Source: Acaryochloris marina MBIC11017 (GTDB taxonomy: Bacteria; Cyanobacteriota; Cyanobacteriia; Thermosynechococcales; Thermosynechococcaceae). Taken from it: a DNA stretch of 32,000 bases. The notes under the pieces are model-generated. The model had not been told where the DNA came from. It saw only the letters and a list, made by a program, of their open reading frames with translations, and ran no database searches. The stretch is from contig NC_009927.1 in assembly GCF_000018105.1 (NCBI RefSeq), positions 240,001 to 272,000 of the forward strand, read 5' to 3'. Both the position numbers and the translations under genes were made by a program. Of this stretch, positions 10,501 to 17,740 are shown piece after piece (within the stretch, counting starts at the first letter, position 1; the number at the start of each line of letters is the position of its first letter).

Positions 10501-11422
10501 CAAGAATCAGTAAACTGCGATTCTTACGCAGATAAGAAATAACTAAAGAAATGCGATCATCATTGCTCTCTGGTAAGCTTGAAACTTGCTGTTTAGAAAG
10601 AAAGGATATTAGATTCTGTAAAAGGTCATTAAACGGTAAAGCATTCCTAAGAGAACGCCAATACAAACATTGAAAATAATCTTGATTGATTTGAGCCAAC
10701 TTAGCTGCTAAGGAAGTTTTACCAATACCCCCCATTCCAAGAAGGCTTATTAGACGACAATTATCCTCCTTGATCCAGTTTGTAAGTAGAGCTAATTCAG
10801 ACTGACGCCCTAGAAAATTTGAAGTATCAACAGCATCTCCCCAATCTACTTTTAGATTATATGAATTGTTCTGATCGGCAATCAAATGATCAGTTTTAGC
10901 ATCTAGCTCATTTCTTTTAGATTGGTTAATAGCACTAATTTCCTCCAACAAGTCGAACTGATTCCTAGTAACTTGCTTAGATTTATCTGGCTGTAGTTTT
11001 TCCCACTCTAAATCAAACTGCTTTAAGTTATCAGCTATTTTATGCCTGGAGTACCAGAAACAAATACTAAAATGCCACTTATCTGATCCTCGTGGCTGAG
11101 ATCGATTATCGGAAAGAACTTTTAGAAATTTTTCTAAGAGCTTGAGTGATTTTTTTATTTGGTCAGAGCTTAGCTGACCTTGATATTTATCACAATGAAT
11201 CAGCCCTTGTAAAGCTCTAATTGTTGTTTCGATGACTAGCAGATTTTCAGTTTTCCAGTTGTAGCAAATTTTAGATCGGAGACTATCAGGTAGTAAAACT
11301 TCATCATTTGCATAAGTAAGTAAGGCTTCTAGTAAACGCTTTGTACGTTTCCTTGTTATGGGACCATAGGTCAAATGGCTATGACCTTTTTCAGCAGTAG
11401 AGTTCGATCCAAAATAAGTCAT
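7544..11422 (-). CDS. STAND NTPase: unassigned ~200-aa N-terminal domain + NB-ARC (AP-ATPase) + pentapeptide-like linker + 14 WD40 repeats
   Basis: 1292 aa. NB-ARC motifs: Walker A GMGGIGKTSLA (aa 229-239, nt ~10715-10738), Walker B SLLILDNIES, LLTSRE (RNBS-B-like) and GNPLALNIVA (GLPLA motif). The linker is FSHLSVWQADMRGINLYGVNFTGSDLSKSVF. It is followed by 14 WD40 units (GH...WD/WN: IRLFD, IMIWD, VRLWN, IRIWD, IKLWN, IKIWD x2, LRIWS, IRLWD, VKLWD, IKLWN, AILWD, VRLWK, IKIWN), enough for two 7-bladed propellers. The tail is KPYAGMNITETTGLTDAQKETLLALGG. Confidence 0.9.
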   Translation of the reverse strand: MTYFGSNSTAEKGHSHLTYGPITRKRTKRLLEALLTYANDEVLLPDSLRSKICYNWKTENLLVIETTIRALQGLIHCDKYQGQLSSDQIKKSLKLLEKFLKVLSDNRSQPRGSDKWHFSICFWYSRHKIADNLKQFDLEWEKLQPDKSKQVTRNQFDLLEEISAINQSKRNELDAKTDHLIADQNNSYNLKVDWGDAVDTSNFLGRQSELALLTNWIKEDNCRLISLLGMGGIGKTSLAAKLAQINQDYFQCLYWRSLRNALPFNDLLQNLISFLSKQQVSSLPESNDDRISLVISYLRKNRSLLILDNIESVLQSGQLGGRYLKGYEGYGHLLRRLADESHQSCVLLTSRERPKSLSMREGKNSPVRSLELSGISLKVGKALLNAKGLQDVEYESVELVNYYSGNPLALNIVAATIKTIFLGRIPKLINHIANFGDIRDLLEHQFNRLSQVEKYLMYWLAINREPVTLLSLRDDLLASHHQQTLIEALESLKGRSLIEVTIEGYTLQPVLMEFLTHKFIQQICNEIQIYSNDIDSKIQQLHLLRTHALVKAQAKEYVQEAQVHLILRPLIDELITLLGSKPNVASCLSRLLSLTRGKSLEEMGYVGGNIVNLFRHLQVDLSDHNFSHLSVWQADMRGINLYGVNFTGSDLSKSVFSQTLGSVHSIAFSPDDQMIAAGDVNGKIRLFDSENGQHLRTITGHTSWVQSIVFSPTGNLIASGSPDQTIMIWDVEKGENLKLLTGHTNVVYSINFSPDGQQLVSGSDDGTVRLWNSQSGQCHKIFKYSHGARSTAFSPDGQNLAIGYADGTIRIWDIKSGLCLKAWSGHEGWVWSITYSPDGQALASASDDETIKLWNVINGACTSTLVGHSNALRCIVFSPSGDYLISGGADHLIKIWDIRTTQCLKTLFGHTNWVWSVAINSTQRTIASGSEDGSIKIWDIKSGMCLHTLLGYTQATWAALFARLPINHFESSKTVHQENQYIISGGEDKLLRIWSLRSKQCVTLAGHTDAIRAIAFSPLEQVIASGSSTNDKTIRLWDVQTGQCKHILSGHDKGIWSLAFHPKGKILASCGSDQTVKLWDTQKGVCLTTFQGHNHWIWSVAFSPKEEILATGSFDCSIKLWNIQSEKCLNTLNGHSSCVSSVAFCPNGTILASGSFDHTAILWDLNTNQYIHKLEGHSHPIWDMDFSPDGQLLATASVDHTVRLWKVDTGQCLRILEGHTNAIFSASFSFDGQLLVTSSQDETIKIWNVSMGKCIATLRPTKPYAGMNITETTGLTDAQKETLLALGGICRS

Positions 11423-12010
11423 GAATCAATAATTGATACATATCTAGATAAGACAGTCTAGAAAACTTATCAGCTATATCTAGGATATTTACGTATAAAT
11501 TGTAGGATTTCTTAGATTTTAAAAAAGTTAAGTAGACTTAATAGGTTATATAACTCTATATACGCTGATTTATATAGGTTTCAGAGAAGAATAGAAAAAG
11601 TTTGCCTAGAGCTAAGAACATGGGGTGAAAATAGTCTATTAGTTAATAGGAATAAAAAATTTCTCCAAGCATCTCAATCAACTAGGCCTCAAACGACTGA
11701 AGCTGCGTTTTGGGGCAGCTTAAGCCTAAAAGCCATGAATAGCAACAGTTTTGGGCACTCTCATTAAATATTGATTATTGAGAATCTAGTCAGCTCGCAA
11801 ACGCTGTAACGACAGAAATTGGTTGAGTGCTATAGTGCATTTATACTAAATTGCACTATATTGCAGCTTCCGTTGTTTTAGACCTTTTAGAGATGATCGA
11901 TGGACCAACTGATGAAGCTCTCAAAGAGGCTAATCAAGACTTTATACGATGGCCGAAGGCCAGTCGAAGACCATTGCAAGCCCTAACTGGCTAATCTCAG
12001 TTTTCTGAAT

Positions 12011-12388
12011 ATGGTGATAGAAGAACTACGCCAATTACTGACCCCGCTAGATAAATCACTCACGGAATGTGACGGCATGACTCGTCTTTGTCATACCCTT
12101 CTTCTCCAACACGACATCCCCCATCAAGTTTATTGTGGATCTTGCCAGGTTGAGACTCAGTTGATTCCCTTACATTTTTGGATTGACTTAAAAGGAGTTC
12201 TACGAGGATGGCGCGTGGATTATAGGCTGAGAATGTGGATTGGAGACAAGAAACTGGATGTTCCGCATGGTGTATTCAATTTCGCCGCGTTCTCTCAGGT
12301 TCACTATCAAGGTGAGACGATAGAGATGTCACCATTGTCTGAATCGCTTTTTCAGGTTCTGATGCTGGCTCCTAATTCTCCTTCATAG
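12011..12388 (+). CDS. hypothetical protein
   Basis: 125-aa ORF with an ATG start and no motif I recognise. It is convergent with the nuclease gene, with only 6 nt between the two stop codons. Confidence 0.4.
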   Translation: MVIEELRQLLTPLDKSLTECDGMTRLCHTLLLQHDIPHQVYCGSCQVETQLIPLHFWIDLKGVLRGWRVDYRLRMWIGDKKLDVPHGVFNFAAFSQVHYQGETIEMSPLSESLFQVLMLAPNSPS

Positions 12389-12394
12389 TTTCAA

Positions 12395-13183
12395 TCAAAA
12401 CCCCAAAGCCAACTGTACCTGCTGCGTTCCCCTAGCCCCTTCTGGGAGTGGCTCTGGCTCCCCTGACTTCGCCGGGCAATATTTCTGATACCCGCAGCGA
12501 TCGCAATGCTGTCCCGTCACAGGTTTCCATTCCTGATCACATCTGAGCTTCATCGCCATGTCTTCAATTAGAGATCGGGCTTGTTGGTGATGATCGTCGT
12601 TGACCTCATAGGTCAGTTTCTCGTTAGAACGCAAGTAGATTAGACTCAGGCGTTTGAGCGCTTTCTTGTAGATCTGTTCCAGTATCAGATAATAAAAACC
12701 CAATTGGATATCCACGGATGGAGGAGGATTGACGGATTTACTGGTCTTGTAGTCAATCAGTTCCAGACCATCATCGATATAGTCCAAGCGATCATACCGA
12801 CCAGATAGGGTGAATTCGATATTACGAACTTGGAGATTTGCCCTGACTTTTGTTTCTATTCCCAGCGGTTTGCGGATTTCGGGGAGTGGGGAAATATACC
12901 GCTCATAGTAAAGCTGCAGTGCTGCCCACCCCTCATGGATCTGAGTTGGGGTCAATTCACCATTATGTTGCTGCCAACAAACGGCAAACCAATCGAGGGA
13001 AGGAAGAGGGTAAGCGTAGTTCCAATCCTTGTAGATAGTGGCTAATGCCGCATGGAGAGCATTGCCAAGCTTAGTTGAACCAAATAGAGTTGGCGAAGGT
13101 AACTTATGCTCATACCTAAATTGATAGGACTGGGGGCACTGTCCATAGGTTTTGAGCTTGGTGGCCGATAGAGGGTAGGACAT
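12395..13183 (-). CDS. PD-(D/E)XK nuclease, Cas4/RecB-exonuclease-like, with 4-Cys cluster
   Basis: 262 aa. The N-terminus MSYPLSATKLKTYGQCPQSYQFRYEHKL is typical of PDDEXK_1-type proteins. The catalytic block is GRYDRLDYIDDGLELIDYKTSK (D ... E-x-K). Cys pattern is C(16) ... C-x2-C-x5-C (HCDRCGYQKYC), as in Cas4/AddB Fe-S nucleases. Confidence 0.8.
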   Translation of the reverse strand: MSYPLSATKLKTYGQCPQSYQFRYEHKLPSPTLFGSTKLGNALHAALATIYKDWNYAYPLPSLDWFAVCWQQHNGELTPTQIHEGWAALQLYYERYISPLPEIRKPLGIETKVRANLQVRNIEFTLSGRYDRLDYIDDGLELIDYKTSKSVNPPPSVDIQLGFYYLILEQIYKKALKRLSLIYLRSNEKLTYEVNDDHHQQARSLIEDMAMKLRCDQEWKPVTGQHCDRCGYQKYCPAKSGEPEPLPEGARGTQQVQLALGF

Positions 13184-13249
13184 GGGCGTGTGTTAACGCA
13201 TAAGCCTATAGTAGATCAGATGTATTAAACCCTAACCCTCGGTCCAATA

Positions 13250-13777
13250 TTATCGCCGATTCCTGCGATAATCCCACGGCATAACTGGGTTTGGCTGACT
13301 CCAAAAATTGAGCTTTCGTGATCTCGCATCATTCTCTGCGTCAACATACTGATTTGCTGTATCGGAACAACCATCAAGGTAGCGGTGATAGACCACGGCA
13401 TAGCCTTCCCTCACCAGCTGTAACCCCACTGATTTCCCCTCCGAGTAAATCTCTGCCACTGTGCGCCCATATTGATCAGTGGTGATTTTCCGAAGCTCGA
13501 TATCTGCTCCACTGGGTAACAGGGCCTTAAGTCGTTGACCAGCTTCAGGACCAAACTCTTGGTCGTGCTCTGGAGCATCAATGCAGCCAACACGAACCTT
13601 GCTCGATGACCCATCTTGAGAGCGCACTTTAAGGCTATCCCCGTCACCCGTACTGAGAACTTCGACGGAGGTGGTGTTCGCTGGGGCAATGTCGGCGTTA
13701 GTGGCTTGGGGAGGTGGGCTGCATCCCAAAAGGAGAGGGGGAATGAGGAGAGAGAGAATTGGAATTGTGTTTTTCAT
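13250..13777 (-). CDS. thermonuclease (staphylococcal nuclease/SNase) family lipoprotein
   Basis: 175 aa. It has a signal peptide with lipobox LLLGC/S. SNase blocks seen: VRVGCIDAPEHDQEFG (R-x-x-G-I-D-A-P-E), YGRTVAEIY and LVREGYAVVYHRY. Confidence 0.85.
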   Translation of the reverse strand: MKNTIPILSLLIPPLLLGCSPPPQATNADIAPANTTSVEVLSTGDGDSLKVRSQDGSSSKVRVGCIDAPEHDQEFGPEAGQRLKALLPSGADIELRKITTDQYGRTVAEIYSEGKSVGLQLVREGYAVVYHRYLDGCSDTANQYVDAENDARSRKLNFWSQPNPVMPWDYRRNRR

Positions 13778-13780
13778 CAG

Positions 13781-14116
13781 TTAGTTGATCGAATCATCAA
13801 TCCAACCACATTCCCTGCAATCGTAGTGGATGGGTCTGCTATCCCCAAAGTTTGCACCACACTCTGGGCAGGCTCCTGTGAAAAAGGGGTGTGATTCCAG
13901 AACCTCTATCCGCTCTGATGAGGTGAGATAACCTGCCCAGTCCTTGATCAGCTCACCATCTTCATAGAATGCCCCCACTGGCTCCCAGTCCTCGATTACT
14001 TCTGCGAAGTCAGAGCAAGGATTCTGAACTGGGCCACTGGGATGAATAGCACAGACTAAGTACTGGGAGCCAAGGTATCCGCTAAAGCGTTCGCATCTGT
14101 GACAGAGGACAGTCAT
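13781..14116 (-). CDS. Cys-rich zinc-ribbon protein, function unknown
   Basis: The ORF track starts at TTG 14119, but the ATG at 14116 is more likely. Two CxxC-type units are present: CHRC...C(x)IHPSGP...C and CPECG...CRECG. It sits 6 nt after the YegP stop and ends 3 nt before the SNase start. Confidence 0.55.
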   Translation of the reverse strand: MTVLCHRCERFSGYLGSQYLVCAIHPSGPVQNPCSDFAEVIEDWEPVGAFYEDGELIKDWAGYLTSSERIEVLESHPFFTGACPECGANFGDSRPIHYDCRECGWIDDSIN

Positions 14117-14122
14117 CAAGAT

Positions 14123-14473
14123 TTACTCCGCTGCGGTCAAGTCCTCGACGGGCGCACCTGGGGCATTGGTTTTCACAGAGGAGATGCCATTCTCCATCGC
14201 AGAAGTCGAGGAATACATTTCACTGTTGCCAATGATTTGCCCGTTGGTGGCTTTAAGAACAAAATAGGGTTCTTGCTTCTTCGATTCCCGCCGATCATAC
14301 AGGTTGTCATGAGGGGCATTCGTCTGGACTGAGTTAATGCCATTTATAGCAGCAGCTTTGGTGGTATACATCTCACTTGTGAGAATGACTTGGTTATTCC
14401 CTGCTTTCAAGTTGAAGTGGAATTGACCATCAGAAGCCCGTTTGATTTCAAACTTTCTTCCCATATCAGTCAC
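14123..14473 (-). CDS. YegP/DUF1508 family protein (two tandem repeats)
   Basis: 116 aa containing two copies of the DUF1508 pattern: FEIKRASDGQFHFNLKAGNNQVILTSEMYTTKAAAINGINSVQTNA and YFVLKATNGQIIGNSEMYSSTSAMENGISSVKTNA. Confidence 0.75.
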   Translation of the reverse strand: MTDMGRKFEIKRASDGQFHFNLKAGNNQVILTSEMYTTKAAAINGINSVQTNAPHDNLYDRRESKKQEPYFVLKATNGQIIGNSEMYSSTSAMENGISSVKTNAPGAPVEDLTAAE

Positions 14474-14669
14474 CGAAATATTAGTAGCTATCTCATATTT
14501 TTATTTACGGTGAGAATCAGACTGAATAGCTCAATTGATAACTATATCTTTTGGTTTGAGCCTGGAAAGATTGACTCTCTACTTCAAGCCTTAGCTAGAG
14601 AATAAACTATGCCGTGGAGAAAATAGCTGAAACTGTGCTAAACATTAATAGTACATATATATTATTACA

Positions 14670-15101
14670 ATGCTTGTTCGATCAGTCCATGCTGTCGAGC
14701 AGGCAGATTCCGTCTGCCTGCCTATTTTAAGTGTTCCTGTTTCGGCTGGCTTCCCTTCCCCTGCTGATGACCATCTCCAGAGTGAATTGAACTTGCAGGA
14801 TGCCTTAGTTCATCACCCCGCAGCAACGTTTTTCATGAAAGTCGAGGGCTATTCTATGACAGGCTGCGGAATCTTCTCAGGAGATTTGCTGATTGTGGAT
14901 CGCTCTCTTGATCCTGTGGATGGGGCCGTTGTAATCGCCGTTCTAGATGGTGAGTTTACAGTGAAGCGATTTCGTCGTTCCAAAGGACAGGTTCTGTTAG
15001 CTGCTGAGAATTCTGACTATCCTCCGATTACGGTGCAAAAGGGAATGGACTTTTACGTCTGGGGGGTCGTCACTTTCGTGGTTCACGGGTTGGCAACTTG
15101 A
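14670..15101 (+). CDS. umuD: UmuD-like S24 self-cleaving peptidase (translesion polymerase accessory subunit)
   Basis: 143 aa. Features: SAGFPSPADD (Ala-Gly cleavage site in the position of UmuD Cys24-Gly25), nucleophile block EGYSMTG (GxSM) and general-base block FTVKRF (Lys). It overlaps the next gene by 4 nt (TTGA). Confidence 0.85.
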   Translation: MLVRSVHAVEQADSVCLPILSVPVSAGFPSPADDHLQSELNLQDALVHHPAATFFMKVEGYSMTGCGIFSGDLLIVDRSLDPVDGAVVIAVLDGEFTVKRFRRSKGQVLLAAENSDYPPITVQKGMDFYVWGVVTFVVHGLAT

Positions 15102-16363
15102 AACAGCGTCTAATTGGGCTTTGTGACTGCAACTCATTCTATGCAAGTTGTGAATCTGCCTTGAACCCTAGCTTGCAACATAAGCCCGTGGTCATCGCTT
15201 CCAACAATGATGGGGTTGTTGTCACCGCCAATGCAAAAGGTAAAGCCTTGGGTCTGGTCATGGGTGTGCCTTTGTTCAAGGTTCAAGCGCTGATCAAGAA
15301 ACACGATGTCCGGGTTTTCAGCTCAAACTATGCCTTGTATGGTGACCTGTCTTCCAGAGTGATGACGATTCTGGAGACCTTTACCCCCGAGCAAGAGATT
15401 TACTCCATAGATGAGTGCTTTATGCGAATGCCAGAATTTGCTGAGGCTACGACATACTCCCATAAGGTGCGTAAGACGGTGCTGCAATGGACGGGGATTC
15501 CTGTATCTATAGGGATTTCAACCTCTAAGACGTTGGCTAAGATTGCCAATCATGTAGCAAAAAAGCAAAAGCAGTATGGTGGGGTGTTTGATATTTCTGC
15601 TGCCCGTAATGCTGAGGGGATTTTAGCTACCTTTCCCGTCGCAGACATCTGGGGGATTGGTCGCCAATACAATAAGTGGTTGTTGAGTCAGGGAATTGAG
15701 TCAGCGAAGGAACTTCGGGATGCGAATGAGGGGCTGATCCGCAAAAAAATGGGCGTGGTGGGGGTGCGGATGATCCATGAGTTGCGGGGTATCTCATGTT
15801 TGCCCCTGGAGCTGGTTGCTAAACCAAAGAAGGAAACTTGTGTCTCTCGCTCTTTCGGTCAGCCTGTGACGGAGTTAGCAGATTTGCAGGAGGCGATTGC
15901 GGCCTATGCATCTAGGGCAGCGGAGAAGCTGCGTCATCAAGAACAAGTAGCAGAGGCTATGGTTGTGTTTGCTCGGACAAGTCCGTTTAAGTCGGGGTAT
16001 TTTCGCCAATCTGCGACAGTGCAATTCCCCATAGCCACTAACTACACACCAACAATTGTGGAATCTGCCCGTAATGCGATGGCTCGAATCTATGAACCGG
16101 GTCGGGAATTTCAGAAGGCGGGGGTCTTGATGGTGGGGTTGTGCCCTGAGACGACCATTCAGGGGCATCTTTGGGAGAAAGATGAGGGGTGGGAGAAACG
16201 GAAGCGGCTCATGTCGATCATGGATGAGGTCAATGACCGATTCGGGCGTGGGACGCTGGAGATTGCTGCATCGGGGCTAAGACAGACCTGGCGAATGCAG
16301 TCGAAGTGGCGATCACCCAGGTATACGACGTGTTGGGCAGAGTTACCAGTAGCGAGTTGTTGA
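15098..16363 (+). CDS. umuC: UmuC-like Y-family DNA polymerase
   Basis: 421 aa with a TTG start overlapping the umuD stop. Motifs: LCDCNSFYASCE (the catalytic Asp region of UmuC/DinB), SIDECF, and C-terminal SPRYTTCWAELPVA, typical of UmuC. Confidence 0.9.
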   Translation: MKQRLIGLCDCNSFYASCESALNPSLQHKPVVIASNNDGVVVTANAKGKALGLVMGVPLFKVQALIKKHDVRVFSSNYALYGDLSSRVMTILETFTPEQEIYSIDECFMRMPEFAEATTYSHKVRKTVLQWTGIPVSIGISTSKTLAKIANHVAKKQKQYGGVFDISAARNAEGILATFPVADIWGIGRQYNKWLLSQGIESAKELRDANEGLIRKKMGVVGVRMIHELRGISCLPLELVAKPKKETCVSRSFGQPVTELADLQEAIAAYASRAAEKLRHQEQVAEAMVVFARTSPFKSGYFRQSATVQFPIATNYTPTIVESARNAMARIYEPGREFQKAGVLMVGLCPETTIQGHLWEKDEGWEKRKRLMSIMDEVNDRFGRGTLEIAASGLRQTWRMQSKWRSPRYTTCWAELPVASC

Positions 16364-16432
16364 GGGTGATGGGGTGCGATTATAGAGGGATTAAGTGGAT
16401 GATTCGGATGATAAAATTAAGGCCATTCACTC

Positions 16433-17626
16433 CTACCCCACATCCTGAAAGAGTATGGACAGTCGAGTGATAAATGCACCAAGAAGAATATAGCCGATCA
16501 AGACTTGGAACATGACTAGGAAGTGACCCAAAGGACTGGCTGGATTGGCAGATATATCACCGAAACCAAGAGTTGTCATTGTGACTACAGAGAAATAGAA
16601 CGCTCTCAAAAAAATGCCCCATAGATTGAAAGAATATTGAGTTGATTCACCGGAGGAATTAATAATCTCAGCAAATTGAATCCCTTGAATAAATGAAGCA
16701 TCTAATCTAAAAGCTATGGGGGAAAGGTATATCAAGGTGAACACAACTGAGACAATTAAGAAGGATAAGATTATCCTCGTTCCTGCACTTCCGTAGTCTG
16801 ACGACCACCAAAAAAGTCTAACTAAACACGACCAAGTAATTTCAGGAATAGAACGCCAGTATTTTAGCTTAGACATCCTATACAAGTATTTTGGTATTAA
16901 CCTTGTGTACCTAGGAATCGATTTCCAATCCACATAATATGGATATCTTTCATCCCAGTGCTTCTGACGAATATTGCGTTTCAGTTTTGCCTTTAGAGTC
17001 CCATTGATTCTGGCACTATCAAGACCAACCCCGCTAAAGTCAGTATTACAGTCCATTTGACATTCATTCAATAAGGTTGCTCCATCAACTATTGAGAACC
17101 TTGCCCTTAAGCCCTTGATGTTAGCTTTACTTAGATTCGCACCACTCAAGTCAGCTCCACTAAGATTTGCCATACGTAGATCAACGGATGTTAGGTTCGT
17201 TCCGCACATTCTAGTCTCCCTCAGGTCAACTTCAGATAGAATTGCCCCAAATAGATTCGCCCCGTTAAGGGTTGCTCCTACCAGTTGGGTCTTTCGTAGG
17301 TCAGCCCCAATCAGTTGAGTGCTACTTAAGTCAGCCATACTTAGGTCAGCCCCATCCAGATCTACTCCAATTAGGTCAGCCCCACTCAGCTTTGCCTTAA
17401 ATAAAGTAGCCCTTTTCAGGTCACCATTACGTAGGTTTACTCCAACTAGATTTACCCCAATCAGTTGAGTGCCACTCAAGTCAGCCATACTTAGGTCATA
17501 TCCAGTAAAATCAAAACCAGTAAGGATAGTGTTACCTAAATCAGGTTTTTCATTGGAGTTTTCTTTCCTCCATTGATTCCACGAGTGAGACCCTTTATTT
17601 AATTCACTTAAATGATCAGGATTCAC
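16433..17626 (-). CDS. pentapeptide-repeat domain fused to a 2-TM potassium-channel pore
   Basis: 397 aa with a GTG start, preceded by GGGAGGAGGA (17630-17639, reverse complement). About 35 A(D/N)LxX-type pentapeptides fill the N-terminal half (ADLSGTQLIGVNLVGVNLRNGDL...). The C-terminus has two hydrophobic helices flanking a pore helix and selectivity filter VVTMTTLGFGD (T-x-G-F-G-D, nt 16556-16579). Confidence 0.85.
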   Translation of the reverse strand: MNPDHLSELNKGSHSWNQWRKENSNEKPDLGNTILTGFDFTGYDLSMADLSGTQLIGVNLVGVNLRNGDLKRATLFKAKLSGADLIGVDLDGADLSMADLSSTQLIGADLRKTQLVGATLNGANLFGAILSEVDLRETRMCGTNLTSVDLRMANLSGADLSGANLSKANIKGLRARFSIVDGATLLNECQMDCNTDFSGVGLDSARINGTLKAKLKRNIRQKHWDERYPYYVDWKSIPRYTRLIPKYLYRMSKLKYWRSIPEITWSCLVRLFWWSSDYGSAGTRIILSFLIVSVVFTLIYLSPIAFRLDASFIQGIQFAEIINSSGESTQYSFNLWGIFLRAFYFSVVTMTTLGFGDISANPASPLGHFLVMFQVLIGYILLGAFITRLSILFQDVG

Positions 17627-17740
17627 CGTCCTCCTCCCGACGACACCTCCGTGACTTTTCCCTGAAGTTCCTTCCGATTATGGTCGTACTTCAACACCTG
17701 TCGAGAGATCTGCTGCACAAAACGAACATTCTTTACTAAC

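Noticed and set aside
7882-10542. Short + strand ORFs inside the NB-ARC/WD40 gene (7882..8112, 8903..9100, 9549..9749, 10174..10542), an alternative-frame minus ORF at 8068..8277, and similar ORFs within the NACHT gene (21335..21547, 21415..21699, 22126..22329, 23486..23728).
   Set aside because: They have no motifs and are fully nested in long genes with strong domain signatures, so they are typical chance ORFs in AT-rich sequence.
12497-12504. HIP1 (GCGATCGC) as a taxonomic marker.
   Set aside because: I noticed only one copy in 32 kb, so there is no enrichment. It can neither support nor exclude a HIP1-rich cyanobacterial host.
13411-13894. ORFs 13411..13689 (-) and 13616..13894 (+) overlapping the SNase and Zn-ribbon genes. 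Likewise 12830..13045 and 12850..13038 within the PD-(D/E)XK gene, 14099..14332 and 14390..14605 around YegP, and 15875..16168 within umuC.
   Set aside because: They are alternative-frame or antisense ORFs in GC-richer sequence, and the annotated frames carry clear family motifs.
14649-14669. A bona fide LexA/SOS box upstream of umuD.
   Set aside because: Only the AGTAC half-site agrees with the cyanobacterial consensus as I remember it. The second half matches 4/6 and the E. coli CTGT-N8-ACAG ends are absent. It is kept only as a hypothesis in the findings, not as a feature.
17115-17318. Long antisense ORFs inside pentapeptide-repeat genes (17115..17318 +, 19003..19497 -, 28633..28929 +).
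   Set aside because: The periodic A(D/N)LxX codon structure keeps the opposite strand open. The translations are low-complexity (LRFAP/SAPL-type) and lie wholly within well-supported genes.
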